This document shows positions 9,617-17,712 of a stretch of DNA of 64,000 bases, in pieces. Numbering within the stretch: the stretch's first letter is position 1; the number at the start of each line of letters is the position of its first letter. Origin of the DNA: Escherichia coli (GTDB taxonomy: Bacteria > Pseudomonadota > Gammaproteobacteria > Enterobacterales > Enterobacteriaceae); the NCBI RefSeq assembly GCF_024223415.1, contig NZ_CP100500.1, one strand, 5' to 3'. The notes beneath the pieces were generated by a model. It was not told where the DNA came from, ran no database searches, and worked only from the letters and a program-made list of their open reading frames with translations. The position numbers were made by a program, and so were the translations under genes.

Positions 9617-9633
9617 TGATAGATAACTATCAT
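9617..9633. other. Left att core candidate TGATAGATAACTATCAT
   Basis: Near-identical copy TGATAAATAACTATCAT at 20087-20103. Confidence 0.4.
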
Positions 9634-9705
9634 TTATATCATTTAGTTAATTAGTCTTTATTTTTCATTATGTTGCAAATAACAAGCCCGTCAAAAACAG
9701 TGATA

Positions 9706-9760
9706 TTAACTACACCATTAACTACACCGCTTCACGAACAATATCGAACAACCGCGAACA
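9706..9760. repeat. Left-arm repeats: AACTACACC x2 followed by CGAACA x3 (candidate integrase or accessory-factor sites)
   Basis: The same motifs recur in the same orientation at 19946-20078. Confidence 0.4.
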
Positions 9761-9880
9761 AAGATCAACACGCTTTAATCATTATCATTTTCCGGCTATC
9801 CGTCATGAAGCTGGTGGATGATCTGCGTGGTGATTTCCACCATTCAGAGCAGGTGCGGTCATCATGACCATGCCATAACA

Positions 9881-9905
9881 AAAACCCCATATTCGTGGTT
9901 TTTCT
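9881..9905 (+). repeat. 25-bp direct repeat copy 1 (AAAACCCCATATTCGTGGTTTTTCT)
   Basis: Second copy AAACCCCCGGATTCGTGGTTTTCCT at 10518-10542; the pair flanks a hairpin-rich non-coding segment. Confidence 0.5.
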
Positions 9906-10517
9906 GTGTCGGGGCTATTCTGCTGTTGCCGTGCTGGTGGATATTCTCCGGTATGCGGCTCCCCATATCGGCATCAGGCCCACCAGCGTGAAGCGTTTTT
10001 CATTTTTCGCGGGTATAAAAAATCGATGGGGCGGGCAGTCCTGAAGACGTCAGGGTACAGAGATTTGACCCGCCCCTCCCTGTGCATGAGCACAATAAGT
10101 AACCGAAGGCGGAATTCCGCCCTCGGTACTTACATATGAGAAACGATATTTCTTCCACCGATACCCTTTATTTGGGTATCGCGAGTAAGCCCCAAAATCT
10201 GGGTGTTACTCTTACTACCCAAACTACGGGTAGTTTCCGTAGTTTCATGGTCGAGTTGCAAATCTGCAACTCACCCACCAGCCAGCGCAATGTCGCATTA
10301 TCAGTCCTCAGATGTGAGGGATGTAGCCAGCTTTTCCCCCAGTGGGGATTATCCAGTTACCGACGGTTTAACCGCCTGTACCAGCACAACGAAAGAATTT
10401 GCGGGTAGCTTTAAACTACTCACAACATCCCATCTTACAGGCCGTGCCTTTCTAACTTTTTACAATGCAATAAGTCAGGTAACGCTATGCGTTCCACCGT
10501 GTACACCGCGCCAGTAA

Positions 10518-10542
10518 AACCCCCGGATTCGTGGTTTTCCTG
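10518..10542 (+). repeat. 25-bp direct repeat copy 2
   Basis: See copy 1 at 9881-9905. Confidence 0.5.
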
Positions 10543-10554
10543 AATATCAGGAAT

Positions 10555-10929
10555 CTACCGCCGCAACCGTTCCGGCTTCTTCCACTGATAAGTGTTTTTC
10601 GCGCTCTCCCTCCGTTGTTGAGAACGGCGACGGTATGCCAGCAACTCAAGGACTCTGGTTCGTATGTTGCGCATATCCACGCCGTTAAGCTCAATACCAT
10701 CACGGCGCATCACCTCAGCAACAACACACGCGTAATTTTCGGCTATCACGCTGTCCGGCTGCGTGGCCTCCTGTTCGCCAGCCTGCTGGCTGATTCCGGT
10801 AATACTGCGGATTATCCCGAGCGCTTCGGTCTCGGTCATGGTCATGGCCTCCATAGTGATGGCGGGTCCTCCTTGTGGGGTGCCCTGCCACGGGGCGGGA
10901 GCATCGCGGAAAAAGGCTAGTTTTTGCAT
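10555..10929 (-). CDS. Hypothetical protein of the satellite packaging module
   Basis: 124-aa ORF downstream of the Nu1-like gene; no recognisable domain; start uncertain. Confidence 0.45.
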   Translation of the reverse strand: MQKLAFFRDAPAPWQGTPQGGPAITMEAMTMTETEALGIIRSITGISQQAGEQEATQPDSVIAENYACVVAEVMRRDGIELNGVDMRNIRTRVLELLAYRRRSQQRRESAKNTYQWKKPERLRR

Positions 10930-11090
10930 TTTTATTCGTTATCACCACCAATGCAATATATTGATATGACTTGATGTTTTATTTTTCGGTGTCGATTTCG
11001 ATTGTTTTTTGTTCATCACTGACGCATAACGCCCACCAGCGCAACGCTGAAAGCCAGTCAGTAAACTGGCTTCGGTCATTGTGCACTACG

Positions 11091-11645
11091 TTACTTGTCT
11101 TTATCCGGCTGAAACTTATCAGGCACATTTCCGGTAGTTTCCATCAGATAATCGGACAGCATTCGCGGGATGTTTTCATCAAGTTTTGTGCATGCGTTAC
11201 AGGCTCTGACAACTTCTTTTTTCAGGCCATCCAGCATGGCGGGGGTCATCTGTGGGAAGCTCCTTTGCATAGTAAGCGGGAGGCTGTCCATGATTGATGA
11301 AATCTGACTCGCCAGTTTTGAAAGCGCGTACATGCAAAACTCTGTATCAATCACGTCACCGCGATCGCGCTCGTTTTTAAGTTCCTGCGCCTCCGCCTGT
11401 GCTGTCAGTAATCTGATCCTGACTCGTAAAAGTTCATCATCGTCAATCTCGCCTTTGTCGTTTGTAATCTGGCTGATTGCATTGTTAACCCGATTATCTA
11501 TTACACTGGCGACATCATAAAACGTCTCACGGCCCTTACGCTCGACGGGAATCACTCCCCACTTATCGAACGCAGTGGCGCTTACTCGGCAGCTTTTCGC
11601 CATGTTTTTTTTATTCATCAGGTGCGATTTCATCAATACCCCCAC
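11091..11645 (-). CDS. Terminase small subunit, lambda Nu1-like
   Basis: LLRVRIRLLTAQAEAQELKNERDRGDVIDTEFCMYALSKLASQISSIMDSLPLTMQRSFPQM...LDENIPRMLSDYL aligns with lambda Nu1; probable true start at the MNKKNMAK Met near 11618. Confidence 0.8.
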   Translation of the reverse strand: MGVLMKSHLMNKKNMAKSCRVSATAFDKWGVIPVERKGRETFYDVASVIDNRVNNAISQITNDKGEIDDDELLRVRIRLLTAQAEAQELKNERDRGDVIDTEFCMYALSKLASQISSIMDSLPLTMQRSFPQMTPAMLDGLKKEVVRACNACTKLDENIPRMLSDYLMETTGNVPDKFQPDKDK

Positions 11646-11727
11646 TTAATTAATGCTTCAGGTTGGTGTGTTGGTGTTATCTTTCCATTTTTATTCATAG
11701 AGATAGAGCGAACAACAAAACCACCAC

Positions 11728-11790
11728 CAACCCGAAAAGGCTCATAAATAGCGAAAATCCGCAAGGTCGACGCCCCGTAACGGGTCCACA
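11728..11790 (-). other. Lambda-type cos site (cosN/cosB)
   Basis: Minus strand reads ACGGGGCGTCGACCTTGCGGATTTTCGCTATTTATGAGCCTTTTCGGG, matching the lambda cos sequence as I recall it (ACGGGGCGGCGACCTCGCGGGTTTTCGCTATTTATGAAAATTTTCCGG); about 120 bp upstream of the Nu1-like gene. Confidence 0.8.
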
Positions 11791-11805
11791 TGCCGGAAAG
11801 GACCC

Positions 11806-11835
11806 ATAAAAAATAAAGCCGGACTACTCCGGCTT
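11806..11835 (-). terminator. Rho-independent terminator after the FinO/ProQ-like gene
   Basis: Stem AGCCGGA / TCCGGCT followed on the minus strand by a T-rich run. Confidence 0.5.
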
Positions 11836-11858
11836 CGTCTCTTCATGTGGTCAGGGTT

Positions 11859-12539
11859 TTATGCTTTCCGTACGCCCGAGGAACTGGCATTTTTCAGAAT
11901 AATATTATGCCCTGCTGGTGGCTTACCGTTATGCTTATTTTCTGCCTTCATGTTTCTGCGCTCCTGCTGTTTTTTCTTCATCTCATCCAGTCGCTTCCCC
12001 GCGTTCAACTGGTGCTCCTGTGTCACCTCCCCGCACGGATGGCCTTTCAGGTCGTAACGCACGCCACCAGCCATCAGGGAACGGTAATATCGCACTGAAC
12101 TGACATAATACGCCAGCGTTGCGCGAAGCGCTCCCTGACCTAATGAAATACCTCTCGCAGTAATATCCTCCATCAGGTCATCAAATATGCCAACCTTAAG
12201 CGGTCTGGGCGATTCCTGGCTGAAAAGTTCAGGCCAGAGCGCGGCAAGGCGTTCAACGCGTCTGATATTTTTTTTCCGGCTCTTTTCTGATTTGCGTTTT
12301 GCTGCCGTCTTCTGTTGTGTTTTCTGCTCGCGGCTCTGCTTTTGCGCTGGTGTGGTTTTATCCGGCTGTTCAGCCTCCTGCGTCTTTTTCTGCGGTGTGC
12401 CGTATATGCCTTTTGGTTTTCGGTTAATGGTCAGCTTTGTCATGTTCTCCCCCTTTGTGCTGTTCCACCAGCGGCATCTGCTACCCCGTGTCGCTCCCGC
12501 TGGTGTCGTGTTTCCCCGCCTGTTAATAACCGTCATCAT
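11859..12539 (-). CDS. FinO/ProQ-domain RNA-binding protein with a Lys/Gln-rich N-terminal region
   Basis: RPLKVGIFDDLMEDITARGISLGQGALRATLAYYVSSVRYYRSLMAGGVRYDLKGHPCGEVTQEHQ aligns with the E. coli ProQ N-terminal domain (RPLKIGIFQDL...RLYTSSWRYL...RVDLDGNPCGEL); start uncertain. Confidence 0.75.
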   Translation of the reverse strand: MMTVINRRGNTTPAGATRGSRCRWWNSTKGENMTKLTINRKPKGIYGTPQKKTQEAEQPDKTTPAQKQSREQKTQQKTAAKRKSEKSRKKNIRRVERLAALWPELFSQESPRPLKVGIFDDLMEDITARGISLGQGALRATLAYYVSSVRYYRSLMAGGVRYDLKGHPCGEVTQEHQLNAGKRLDEMKKKQQERRNMKAENKHNGKPPAGHNIILKNASSSGVRKA

Positions 12540-12843
12540 TTACGTTATCAGGGTAATCACGCCATATTTCATCAGTAAGCGACGGTAGCCCCATCTGTTG
12601 TATTGTCCTGTCTGCGGCCCTTCTGACTGCGTGAACATCATAACGGTTTTCAGGTATCGGGCGCTTTGCCTTCCTGATACATTCCCTTGCTCTCATTGCC
12701 GCAAGTTCTCTGTGCCTGTCTTCCTGAAGAGTAATCATCACATCCTGCCACCTTCTGGCAGCCCGTCGCCACAGTCCCCTGCTCTCGAGTTCTTCTGCTG
12801 TCGCGTCGCTTATTGTCCGGTTCTTCGGTGTGCTGTTGTTCAT
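12523..12843 (-). CDS. PerC-family transcriptional activator-like protein
   Basis: N-terminal EELESRGLWRRAARRWQDVM resembles the PerC/Pch signature (recalled, not searched). Confidence 0.55.
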   Translation of the reverse strand: MNNSTPKNRTISDATAEELESRGLWRRAARRWQDVMITLQEDRHRELAAMRARECIRKAKRPIPENRYDVHAVRRAADRTIQQMGLPSLTDEIWRDYPDNVNDDGY

Positions 12844-12860
12844 GTTGCTCCCCGCCTGAT

Positions 12861-13271
12861 TCAGAAGGGTATATCATCTCCGTAGGGGTCATCGCCTCCC
12901 GCTGGTGGCTTATTCCCCTGTGCGCCTGTGGTTTTGCGTGTTTTTCCGCCCGGTCGCACTGTCCGCGCACTGATTACGCTGTCTGCGATAACCTGCCAGC
13001 CCTGCCGCGTTTCCCCGTTCTGTCCGGTCCACTGGCTCACCTGCATGTTACCCGCCACGCTCAGGAGTTCACCCTTGCGGTGCTTTGCCAGTGCTTCGGC
13101 CTGTCTGCCAAACGCCAGCACAGATAACCACATCGTCGCCGTTCCGTCATCTGCCTGGCTGCACGGAAGGGGGACCGCCATACTCGCCATCGCCATTTGT
13201 GTCCCCTTGCTGGTGGTCTTTAACTGCGGGTCAGCCACCAGCCGCCCGTAAGCCGCTATCTGTGCTGTCAT
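12861..13271 (-). CDS. ssb: Single-stranded DNA-binding protein (SSB)
   Basis: OB-fold-like N-terminus (IAAYGRLVADPQLKTTSKGTQMAMASMAV), Gly-rich linker and the acidic C-terminal tail DDIPF. Confidence 0.8.
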   Translation of the reverse strand: MTAQIAAYGRLVADPQLKTTSKGTQMAMASMAVPLPCSQADDGTATMWLSVLAFGRQAEALAKHRKGELLSVAGNMQVSQWTGQNGETRQGWQVIADSVISARTVRPGGKTRKTTGAQGNKPPAGGDDPYGDDIPF

Positions 13272-13525
13272 GCTGTATGCTCTCCGGTTTTAACGTTGAT
13301 GGTTGTCACCTGTTCCGCTCCGGCAATCTCCCGTTCTGTCAGCGTGGCAAAATTTGCCGCTACCGTTGTCATGAATGCGCTTATCAGTGCGGGATGTGCT
13401 TTCGCGTATCCTTCTCCCGCGCTGCGGTCGATAATTTTTATCGCCACCCTCAGCCAGTGCTCTGTAAGGTCAATGGCGCGGTTATGTGGTTTCTTCTGAT
13501 TATTAAGTTTTCCTGATGTGTGCAT
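13268..13525 (-). CDS. Hypothetical protein
   Basis: 85-aa ORF overlapping the ssb start by 4 nt (translational coupling). Confidence 0.5.
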   Translation of the reverse strand: MHTSGKLNNQKKPHNRAIDLTEHWLRVAIKIIDRSAGEGYAKAHPALISAFMTTVAANFATLTEREIAGAEQVTTINVKTGEHTA

Positions 13526-13570
13526 TTTTATTTTTACCCCCTCGTTTAAAAAGTTTTGTGTTGTGGTGCA

Positions 13571-13806
13571 CCTCCTCTACCTCTCTACACAATCATCTTT
13601 CAGGTCAGTAATGGCGCGGCTTTCAGCGGGGTAGAGGGCTTTTTTGGCCCTCTACCTGCCATCTACCACCCCCTCACAAATGCCCTGAATTATGGTAGAG
13701 GGTGTAGAGGGCTTTTAAGTACCTTCTACCTGCCATCTACCCAATCTATCAACATGAAATATATGTAATTATTTTCTTAAGGTAGAAGGGGTAGAGGGCT
13801 TTTGTC
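13571..13806. repeat. Iteron cluster; candidate satellite replication origin
   Basis: At least three copies of GGTAGAGGGCTTTT and repeated CTACCTGCCATCTACC, including the palindrome GGTAGAGGGC-TTTTTTG-GCCCTCTACC, immediately 3' of the primase gene. Confidence 0.55.
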
Positions 13807-13811
13807 TAAAA

Positions 13812-15560
13812 CTATAAAAACGCGTCGCAGTCGTCTGTTGTTGTCACGTTGGTTTGCGTAACCCCTTTAATCCTGCGCGTTATATATTCATGTCCGTAAA
13901 CTTTCGCCGCTGGCTTCATGGCCTTGCTGAACTCAGCCACGTTCAGCGGTTTGCTCCTGCCTGCATACGCCATAAACGCCAGATAGACGCGGTAAAGGCT
14001 GTTTCTGGTCGTGTACTTCACGGAATCGCCACCGCCCCCCATCATCAGGCCACGTGCTTCCTCCAGAAAATTCAGGAACTGGCAAAACTCAATAACCGGA
14101 TCCGTTTGCTGCTTTATCGCCAGTGCTTCATCACCGTCACGCTGTTCCAGTAGTAAAGCCCGCGCCTTTTCAGGGTCTGCAAAGTTCGCCAGTAATCGGC
14201 GGATAATGACGGGGATTTCAGCCGCAATCCTTTCCGGTAGCTCCCTGTCTTTTTCAGCCTCACTGACGATATTGTCGAAACGAAAAATCACGCGACGACG
14301 TGCCACACCTCCGGCCCGTTCGGTGAATATCATCGGGTTATTGTTGGTCGCCAGCACCACCGCCCTGATTACAGCCGTGAAACGCTTTTCGTATTTCGGG
14401 TTAATTTCCACGGGGTCACCGCCCGTGATTTTCTTGATGCCCGTTCCTTCGCCTGTATATTTCGGCTGGTCTGCCAGGACGATAAGACGACTCCCGACAA
14501 CCTGCGCACGCCCACCAGCATCATCAAGCGATGTCATCTCAGCGCTTACCGTGTTCTGTTTCCCTGCCAGAAGGCTGGCTATGTGCGTGAATGTACTTTT
14601 ACCGCTCCCGCCGTCTCCGGTGGCCTCAATAAACATCTGCCAGTCGTACCGGTTCGCCATAATCATGTACAGCGCGGCACATATACGCATCATCTTGCGC
14701 GGGTCTTTTCCGGCTGCGTGCTCAAGCCATTTATGAAAGTTTGGCGCGTTATCGCGGATGTTCTCCCCAGGTGCTGGTGGCGTGTACTCAATGCCATTGT
14801 GCGTGGTGATCCAGTTCTCCGGCGTGTGCGGGGAAAATTCCCCCGTTTTCAGGTCAAGCGCACCATTGGCGAACGGCAGCAAATCGCCGGACGGCTCGCC
14901 CATTGGTTCGGCAATAACTTTTAACGCTTCCACGGCGTTATTGATTACGCGCTTGCTGAAAGTGGCCCTGTGCTCTGAATAGATCGCCACCATTTCGCGG
15001 CTCAGTTCCATTGTGCTGACCGGACACCATACCCCGCCGCGCCATACGTGAACGATTTCACTTTCCGGATGCACACAAACGCCATCAAATCGACCAGCAA
15101 GCATCTGTGCGCGCTCACTGTCTGCCATTTGTGCCAGTTGCGTATTTTTCTGCTCCGGCATGGTAAGCCCTGCAGCAATATTTTCACGCTCAGCATTCAG
15201 ATAACGCCGCCAGTTTTCACACTTCTGACCGTGCATTCCTTCGGGGTAAAAATTTGCGTCCTGTACGCCAGCCGCCGCCAGCTTCTGACCAATCGCCTTT
15301 ATCATTACTGGCGCAAGATATCCGGCCCTGAATATACGCACGGATTTTCTGCCTTCCGGCACAATTTGCAGCTTATCCAGTTCGGATAACTGCTGCTCCC
15401 CAAGCCACACAGGAGGCTCATTATCTCCGGCCATACGCGCGTCATGTTCCTGCCATTGTTTCGCGTGTGCCCAGGCATCACTACCCGCAAAAATAATGAC
15501 TTCAGTTCCTTTGTGTTTTATGCCGCGTGACTGCAGTTTTACGTTCGGTGCCAGTTTCAT
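13812..15560 (-). CDS. Replication protein: primase/helicase (P4 alpha-like, P-loop NTPase)
   Basis: 582 aa; Walker A GDGGSGKSTFT; size and position match satellite pri-rep genes. Confidence 0.8.
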   Translation of the reverse strand: MKLAPNVKLQSRGIKHKGTEVIIFAGSDAWAHAKQWQEHDARMAGDNEPPVWLGEQQLSELDKLQIVPEGRKSVRIFRAGYLAPVMIKAIGQKLAAAGVQDANFYPEGMHGQKCENWRRYLNAERENIAAGLTMPEQKNTQLAQMADSERAQMLAGRFDGVCVHPESEIVHVWRGGVWCPVSTMELSREMVAIYSEHRATFSKRVINNAVEALKVIAEPMGEPSGDLLPFANGALDLKTGEFSPHTPENWITTHNGIEYTPPAPGENIRDNAPNFHKWLEHAAGKDPRKMMRICAALYMIMANRYDWQMFIEATGDGGSGKSTFTHIASLLAGKQNTVSAEMTSLDDAGGRAQVVGSRLIVLADQPKYTGEGTGIKKITGGDPVEINPKYEKRFTAVIRAVVLATNNNPMIFTERAGGVARRRVIFRFDNIVSEAEKDRELPERIAAEIPVIIRRLLANFADPEKARALLLEQRDGDEALAIKQQTDPVIEFCQFLNFLEEARGLMMGGGGDSVKYTTRNSLYRVYLAFMAYAGRSKPLNVAEFSKAMKPAAKVYGHEYITRRIKGVTQTNVTTTDDCDAFL

Positions 15561-15856
15561 TTTTTACCCCTGAATCCGTTAATCATGGTTTTCATCTTCT
15601 GAATATTGGCGCGTGCTTTCTCCCTGCTGGTGGGCACGTTACGCGGTACGGCCTGCACAAGAGAAAAATCACGCACAAACTGATAAACAGGCATCACGCA
15701 ATCATATTCGTAACCTTCATGGCGGTAGGTGATGCGCCGTTCTGCCACGCCTTTAATCGTTACCGTACCGCCGTAGTTATCACGGAAAATATCGCCGGGA
15801 CGGATTTCAGGCCGAGTGAGGCCGCTGGCAGTAAAGCCAGAATTTTTCTTTTTCAT
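15557..15856 (-). CDS. Hypothetical protein (99 aa), coupled to the primase gene
   Basis: Stop overlaps the primase start (ATGA). Confidence 0.6.
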   Translation of the reverse strand: MKKKNSGFTASGLTRPEIRPGDIFRDNYGGTVTIKGVAERRITYRHEGYEYDCVMPVYQFVRDFSLVQAVPRNVPTSREKARANIQKMKTMINGFRGKK

Positions 15857-15886
15857 GGTTTTATTTTCCTGTCAGTGATTCCGGCT

Positions 15887-16060
15887 TTATTCCGGCGCGA
15901 ATACAGGCTTCAGAAAAAAAGCCAGAGAACCAATAACCTCATTATTTCTAAGGCGGCATTGCGATTTCACTTTCCCTTTATCCAGGAATATCAAAACGCG
16001 CCCCGTATAATCAGATGGCACATTAAGCACTACAGGTAAGTGCGCTTCATGATTATTCAT
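15887..16060 (-). CDS. Hypothetical small protein (57 aa)
   Basis: Start trimmed to the ATG preceded by AGGAGGTGG; N-terminus MNNHEAHLPVVLNV; start overlaps the stop of the upstream gene. Confidence 0.5.
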   Translation of the reverse strand: MNNHEAHLPVVLNVPSDYTGRVLIFLDKGKVKSQCRLRNNEVIGSLAFFLKPVFAPE

Positions 16061-16340
16061 GGCTAACCACCTCCTGGAATTTTCTTCTGTAACGCGCCTC
16101 TGCCACATATTCAGCATAGTCCGACGCAATATTGAGAATATCGCTACCCGTTCCTGAATGTTCGGCGGTTTCCAGTAAAAAACATGCAGCTTTTACCATG
16201 TCAGCAACACATAACAGCGCAATATCTGTATCTTCCGGTGTGCCATCAAATTCCTGTTTCAGGGCATTAAAACGATCATCACGCATAACCCCATATTCAC
16301 AATCAGCAATCAGGATGGCTTTGGCCTCATTCAGTGCCAT
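16053..16340 (-). CDS. Hypothetical protein; N-terminal extent uncertain (may start at 16496)
   Basis: Only the C-terminal 95-147 codons of the 662-aa track ORF look protein-like (MALNEAKAILIADCEYGVMRDDRFNALKQEFDGTPEDTDIALLCVADMVKAACFLLETAEHS). Confidence 0.4.
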   Translation of the reverse strand: MALNEAKAILIADCEYGVMRDDRFNALKQEFDGTPEDTDIALLCVADMVKAACFLLETAEHSGTGSDILNIASDYAEYVAEARYRRKFQEVVSHE

Positions 16341-16494
16341 ATCAGCGGTAAGCTGTGCGTAGGCCAGCAAATGCGGGATTATTGCCCCTGTATATTCCGG
16401 CTCTCTGATAATGTGGTCGGATGTGTTGATTAAATAGTTTGTGCGAAAAATGCACCTGTAACCATCAGTTAACAACGGATATACAGGGGGGACC

Positions 16495-16665
16495 ATGAAT
16501 GATAAGGGGGTGCCGTTTGATGTGCTCCTGCAAAAGCTGAATGCTGCACGCGCCGCAAGGGAACGTGAGCGCATGAGTAATAACCCTGTCCCTCCTGAAT
16601 TACCTCGCCCTGAACATTTTCCGCTTGAGGATTTCATCAGGGGACGAATCCGAACAAAACGATAA
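16495..16665 (+). CDS. Small protein (56 aa), paralog of the 16909 ORF
   Basis: ATG preceded by a G-rich Shine-Dalgarno; shares the PxxFPLE(D/R)FI motif with ORF 16909..17103; below the track length cutoff. Confidence 0.35.
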   Translation: MNDKGVPFDVLLQKLNAARAARERERMSNNPVPPELPRPEHFPLEDFIRGRIRTKR

Positions 16666-16908
16666 CCGCCGCCGTGATATGAGGCATCACGACGCAATGC
16701 ATTACAGGTGAGCACCATGAACAAATCCATATTATCCCCCACAGTTCTGGACGTAAACACAAAGCAGCGACAGATATTATTACGCGCCGTCATTAAAGCC
16801 AGACACGAGAAATTAAACCAAATCTTAAAATAAGATACGCCGCTACCGCTGTAAGTCTTCATCAGAAACAGAAAACGCCAGAGCAGATGAGCACGGAGGT
16901 AACTCTTT

Positions 16909-17103
16909 ATGAAAATAAACGAATCAGGGGAAATTACCGAAGCCAGCGTGGTACGCCAGCGGAGGCGGGAACGACGGGTACGGCCCCCCGCGCCATCCGA
17001 TAATTTCCCGCTTGAGCGCTTCATCAGTGAACGGCCCCGCATACGCTGGAACGGCACAACCCCATACCCCGAGGAGAGACAGACAAAAAACAAACAGCGA
17101 TGA
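16909..17103 (+). CDS. Small protein (64 aa), paralog of the 16495 ORF
   Basis: GGAGGT Shine-Dalgarno 9 nt upstream; C-terminal FPLERFISERPRIR. Confidence 0.4.
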   Translation: MKINESGEITEASVVRQRRRERRVRPPAPSDNFPLERFISERPRIRWNGTTPYPEERQTKNKQR

Positions 17104-17382
17104 TGAAATCTGGAGGCCAATACCATCACCCAGCCAGTCGGGGATTGCTGGCGGGCTTCCTGTTCGCTGGTGGCCCCGATGGTAATAACGCGTGGTTGTG
17201 CTGTGCTCAGGGCGATAAAACGCCAGATGTATTTATTCAGGTTGTGCGGGTCCCGCCCTTGCGGGTGTGTGGTATGATTTAACATAGCTACCTCGATACG
17301 CTTTCTATCGTTGGTGGTTAGAAGCCCCGTTACTGCTCCAACAGTGCGGGGTTTCGTCGTTTCTGCACCTTTCATCAACAAG

Positions 17383-17434
17383 GTGTTGAACACCAATTTA
17401 AGCCTAGGTGTTAAACACGCCAAGTGTTGAACAC
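17383..17434 (+). promoter_or_regulatory. Three palindromic operator-like sites GTGTT(G/A)AACAC
   Basis: Sites at 17383-17393, 17408-17418 and 17424-17434, about 50 bp upstream of the small gene at 17485. Confidence 0.55.
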
Positions 17435-17484
17435 TTATTTTTTTTCCTGCATACTGCATTTGTTTTTTGTAAGGGGTACACAAC

Positions 17485-17664
17485 ATGGCGACAAAAGCAG
17501 TAAACGCAAAATCACAAACAGTTGCGGCAAGGGTTCCGCATGAAGTTATGAACAATGTTGAGGCGGTAAAAATGCCTGGTGAAAGTACAGGGCAGTTTGT
17601 AACAGCAGCATTAAAGCGAGAAGTTGAATACCGCCAGCGCCGCAAGGCCAAAGAATCAGAATAA
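17485..17664 (+). CDS. Small DNA-binding protein, ribbon-helix-helix-like (59 aa)
   Basis: AAGGGG Shine-Dalgarno; N-terminal strand-like TVAARVPHEVMNNVEAV then a basic helix; downstream of the palindromic operators. Confidence 0.45.
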   Translation: MATKAVNAKSQTVAARVPHEVMNNVEAVKMPGESTGQFVTAALKREVEYRQRRKAKESE

Positions 17665-17712
17665 TCACTATCAGCGCCGTGGTGTGAGGTACTGCGGCGC
17701 ATTGTTTTAAAG

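Noticed and set aside
9906-10517. Track ORFs 9906..10139, 10136..10408 and 10203..10517 as coding genes
   Set aside because: The translations are compositionally implausible and the region is dominated by perfect hairpins; treated as non-coding or structured RNA.
17100-17282. 60-aa plus-strand ORF as a protein-coding gene
   Set aside because: No ribosome-binding site and an implausible translation; the segment ends in a terminator-like hairpin and is more likely an untranslated or sRNA region.
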